From NCBI GenBank assembly GCA_964544275.1, contig CAZIZX010000001.1:49576-113575 (forward strand): a DNA stretch of 64,000 nucleotides, written 5' to 3'. Positions 61,243-64,000 of this stretch are shown here, one piece after another. How positions within the stretch are numbered: the first letter of the stretch is position 1; each line of letters opens with the position of its first letter. Position numbers and translations under genes: made by a program. Source of the stretch: an uncultured Gammaproteobacteria bacterium. Lineage in GTDB: Bacteria > Patescibacteriota > Microgenomatia > UBA12405. The notes below the pieces were generated by a model. The model did not search any database. It worked only from the letters and a program-made list of their open reading frames with translations, and had not been told where the DNA came from.

Positions 61243-62160
61243 ATGATAGACACCAATAAATTTAACATCAAAACGATTCTGGCAGAATCTAATTATGGTA
61301 AGTTTGAATTAAGCCCGCTGGTTGGTGGATTTGGCCATACTTTAGGTAATAGTCTTCGACGTGTTTTATTAATCACTGTTCCAGGCGCTGCCATTACTCG
61401 AATCAAGATTGATGGTGCTAACCACATATTTACCAGTTTGCCTGGAGTCAAAGAAGATTTAGTCGAAATTTCCCTAAATCTCAAGAAAGTTAAGTTCATC
61501 TACAACAGAGAAGAGCCCACCACCCTTCTTCTCGACAAAACCGGCCCTGGGATCGTTACTGCTGGTGATATTACCCAAAACGACCTTTGTAAAATCGCCA
61601 ACCCCGATCAGGTTATCGCCACTCTTTCAGACAGCAAATCGTCACTTCGTATCGAACTGACTGTCGAAAGGGGAGTCGGCTATACTCTTGCCAAAGAACA
61701 AAAAACTGATATTGTTGGTGAAATCATTCTCGATGCTGCTTTTTCACCTATTACCAAAGCTAATTATACCGTTGATCCTACCCGCCTTGGCAAAAAATCC
61801 AACTACGACAAATTAACTATGGAGATTTGGACTGATGGTTCTATCGGACCTCTCCAGGCTCTAAAATTTGCCGCCAAAGATTTAATTAATTCTTACAGCC
61901 AAATTGTCGACCCCAAGGAATTCGACGAGGAAATAATTACCATTGCCTCCTCCCCCATGTCACAGGGGGCCGATATTTCTATCGAAGAAATCGAATTGCC
62001 TCTTCGGGTTACCAATGCCCTCAAAAAAGCCGGCTATACCAGTATTGACACTCTCATCAAAGCTGGTCGTCTCGAAGTCAGCAAAGCCAAAAATGTTGGT
62101 GAAAAATCATTAAAAATTATTGATGCCTGGTTAAAAGAGAAGGGCTTTACCTGGAAATAA
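61243..62160 (+). CDS. rpoA: RNA polymerase alpha subunit
   Basis: GFGHTLGNSLRR, GVKED, DAAFSP, NVGEKSL. Confidence 0.97.
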   Translation: MIDTNKFNIKTILAESNYGKFELSPLVGGFGHTLGNSLRRVLLITVPGAAITRIKIDGANHIFTSLPGVKEDLVEISLNLKKVKFIYNREEPTTLLLDKTGPGIVTAGDITQNDLCKIANPDQVIATLSDSKSSLRIELTVERGVGYTLAKEQKTDIVGEIILDAAFSPITKANYTVDPTRLGKKSNYDKLTMEIWTDGSIGPLQALKFAAKDLINSYSQIVDPKEFDEEIITIASSPMSQGADISIEEIELPLRVTNALKKAGYTSIDTLIKAGRLEVSKAKNVGEKSLKIIDAWLKEKGFTWK

Positions 62161-62161
62161 A

Positions 62162-62602
62162 ATGACCAATCGCGTATTTGGCAAAAAACTAGGTCGCAAC
62201 CACAACGAGCGTCAAGCTTTATTCAAATCTCTTGCCAAAAGTATGTTTATTCATGGCCAAATTGAAACTACCGAGGCCAAAGCCAAGGCGGTCACTCCTC
62301 TGATAGAAAAATTATGTAGCGTCGCCCTAAAAAAAGACCTGTCAGCCTATCGTTATTTTCACGCTGCTTTCCAAAACAAAAAACTGGCTACTCAATCAGT
62401 TCTGGCGGTAAACCAATCATTTGCGAGTAAAAGTTCTAATTTCACCAAATTAACCCGCGTCAAAAGAAGACAGGGAGATGATGCTTTAATTGTCAAGATG
62501 TCATTCACCAGCCCTTATTCCATCGAAAAGAAACAGGAAAAAGTTACCAAAGAAACTCCGGCAAAACCCAAAAAAGTTAGAGTTAAAAAAGACCAAAAAT
62601 GA
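62162..62602 (+). CDS. rplQ: 50S ribosomal protein L17
   Basis: KLGRN, IETTEAKAK, RRQGDDA. Confidence 0.95.
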   Translation: MTNRVFGKKLGRNHNERQALFKSLAKSMFIHGQIETTEAKAKAVTPLIEKLCSVALKKDLSAYRYFHAAFQNKKLATQSVLAVNQSFASKSSNFTKLTRVKRRQGDDALIVKMSFTSPYSIEKKQEKVTKETPAKPKKVRVKKDQK

Positions 62603-63024
62603 AACCAAAAACAACCGTAGCCAAAGGAAATAATCCCAGAAGATCGTGGCATCTAATTGATTTATCTGGCCAGACATTAGGCCGTGCTTCTTCAGAAATT
62701 GCCGAACTTCTAATCGGCAAGGATAAAGTTAATTTTTCTTATCATTCCGATCAGGGCGATTATGTTGTTGCTATCAATGCCTCTGAGATTGAAGTTACCG
62801 GCAAAAAAATGAAAGAAAAAATCTACTATCGCCACACCGGATACGCCGGCAATTTAAAGTCCCTCACTCTTGCTGAAATGATGTCCAAAGATCCAAGAAA
62901 AGTTATCATGCATGCCGTTGAAGGTATGGTTCCCAAAAACAGGCTTAGAAAAACCAGAATGACCAGATTAAAAGTTTTTGTCGGAGCAGAGCACAAATAT
63001 ACCGACAAATTATCAAATAAATAA
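62599..63024 (+). CDS. rplM: 50S ribosomal protein L13
   Basis: WHLID, LGR, DQGDYVVAINA, YYRHTGY, GMVPKN. Confidence 0.97.
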   Translation: MKPKTTVAKGNNPRRSWHLIDLSGQTLGRASSEIAELLIGKDKVNFSYHSDQGDYVVAINASEIEVTGKKMKEKIYYRHTGYAGNLKSLTLAEMMSKDPRKVIMHAVEGMVPKNRLRKTRMTRLKVFVGAEHKYTDKLSNK

Positions 63025-63025
63025 T

Positions 63026-63436
63026 ATGCCCAAAAAGTCCTCAGCTAATTATACTTTTGCGGTTGGCAGACGTCGCTCGGCCACAGCCAGTGTTAAGCTA
63101 TTTCCCGGTAATGGCAACTCTAAAGTCAACCAAACCTCGTTGGATAAATATTTTCCTGGCACAAAATCCCAACTTATTTACAACCAACCTTTTGTTGCCA
63201 CCGAAACCGCTGGTAAATACTATTACAGCGCCAAAGTTTCCGGAGGCGGAAAACAAGGCCAAATTGAAGCTCTCCAGCTTGCCTTATCCCGCGCTCTTCA
63301 GAAATCAGATCAAACAACTTTTACACCCCTACTTCGGTCCCAGGGCCTTCTCACCGTTGACTCTAGAGTTAAGGAAAGAAGGATGGTCGGTACTGGTGGT
63401 AAAGCCAGAAGACAAAAACAGTCACCAAAGCGTTAA
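63026..63436 (+). CDS. rpsI: 30S ribosomal protein S9
   Basis: GRRRSATA, GGGKQGQ, DSRVKER, QSPKR. Confidence 0.96.
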   Translation: MPKKSSANYTFAVGRRRSATASVKLFPGNGNSKVNQTSLDKYFPGTKSQLIYNQPFVATETAGKYYYSAKVSGGGKQGQIEALQLALSRALQKSDQTTFTPLLRSQGLLTVDSRVKERRMVGTGGKARRQKQSPKR

Positions 63437-63479
63437 ACAATCTCTCCTTTTCATCTGAAAATAACGTTACAATAAGTAC

Positions 63480-64000
63480 ATGTCTAATCTCTCTATCATA
63501 GTTCTCGGAGTGGTTCAGGGAATAACTGAATTCATCCCGGTGTCATCTTCCGGCCATCTCAATCTATTCCAGTCTATATTTGGATTTTCTAATTTTTTGG
63601 ATTTAAACATATTTTTAAACACCGCCACCTTATTGTCTGTAATCATCTTCTTCAGAAACTACTCTGATTACTTTATGAAAAATCTCAAATTCATTCTCAT
63701 CGGCAGCTTGCCAATTATCGCTGTTGGCCTACTACTTAGAGATTCAATCAATAATATCTACGACTCTCCATTGCTTCTCCCGCCCTTTTTCCTCATCACT
63801 TCTCTTCTTGTACTTCTTACCCGGGTTATCCCCTCAAAAAACTACCAACTCAATTATTCCAAAGCTCTTACCATTGGTCTATTTCAAGCCGTTGCTATTT
63901 TACCCGGTATTTCCCGCTCTGGTGCTACTATACTCGCCGCCCTTTTGTTGGGACTAAGTCGCAAACAAGCCTTCTATTTTTCCTTTTCCCTGTTTATTCC
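63480..64000 (+). CDS. uppP: Undecaprenyl-diphosphatase UppP/BacA (3' partial; not in the ORF track)
   Basis: Manual translation MSNLSIIVLGVVQGITEFIPVSSSGHL and QAVAILPGISRSGAT. Confidence 0.93.
   Translation, partial: MSNLSIIVLGVVQGITEFIPVSSSGHLNLFQSIFGFSNFLDLNIFLNTATLLSVIIFFRNYSDYFMKNLKFILIGSLPIIAVGLLLRDSINNIYDSPLLLPPFFLITSLLVLLTRVIPSKNYQLNYSKALTIGLFQAVAILPGISRSGATILAALLLGLSRKQAFYFSFSLFI

Noticed and set aside
1915-63957. Many short antisense or alternate-frame ORFs in the ORF track (e.g. 7995-8462, 15098-15553, 55767-56213, 63724-63957)
   Set aside because: They lie wholly within well-supported genes, show no motifs, and are expected shadows of codon bias
1-64000. Alternative genetic code 25, tRNA/rRNA genes, introns/inteins and CRISPR arrays
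   Set aside because: TGA ends alr, pnp and the RodZ-like gene at expected positions; intergenic gaps are short with no cloverleaf or repeat-spacer pattern; core genes have no large unexplained insertions

Overview
A gene-dense housekeeping region of a small-genome bacterium, most likely Patescibacteria/CPR of the Microgenomates type. This is inferred from the missing rpmD/uL30 between rpsE and rplO, many trimmed proteins, and TGA used as a stop (code 11). Almost all genes lie on the + strand. Order: UvrD helicase-nuclease (5' partial), dut, alr, rmuC, hrcA-grpE-dnaK-dnaJ with a CIRCE, nusA-infB, rpsO-pnp, a protease-less Lon ATPase, udg, rnj, proS, ftsK, alaS, a cell-surface cluster (membrane-anchored baseplate-J-like protein, sortase, ruvX, Zn-ribbon, mltG, LPAAG-tailed Ig-like protein, pacifastin-like protein), rpoBC, an interrupted str operon, the S10-spc-alpha cluster through rplM-rpsI, and uppP (3' partial). 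I saw no rRNA, tRNA, CRISPR array or mobile element. Main signals: (1) about 14 genes have a -10 hexamer 5-8 nt before the ATG, suggesting pervasive leaderless transcription; (2) the surface cluster, including two proteins that appear to join degenerate cytoplasmic actin-like domains to extracellular domains; (3) a Lon reduced to its AAA+ module; (4) a non-canonical EF-Tu switch I and substitutions at antibiotic-contact sites in RpoB, uS12 and uL22; (5) a C-rich gene-bearing strand; (6) candidate structured leaders before rpsO, nusA, rpoB and tuf. All calls come from motif recognition by eye; no searches were run, so novelty is unverified.
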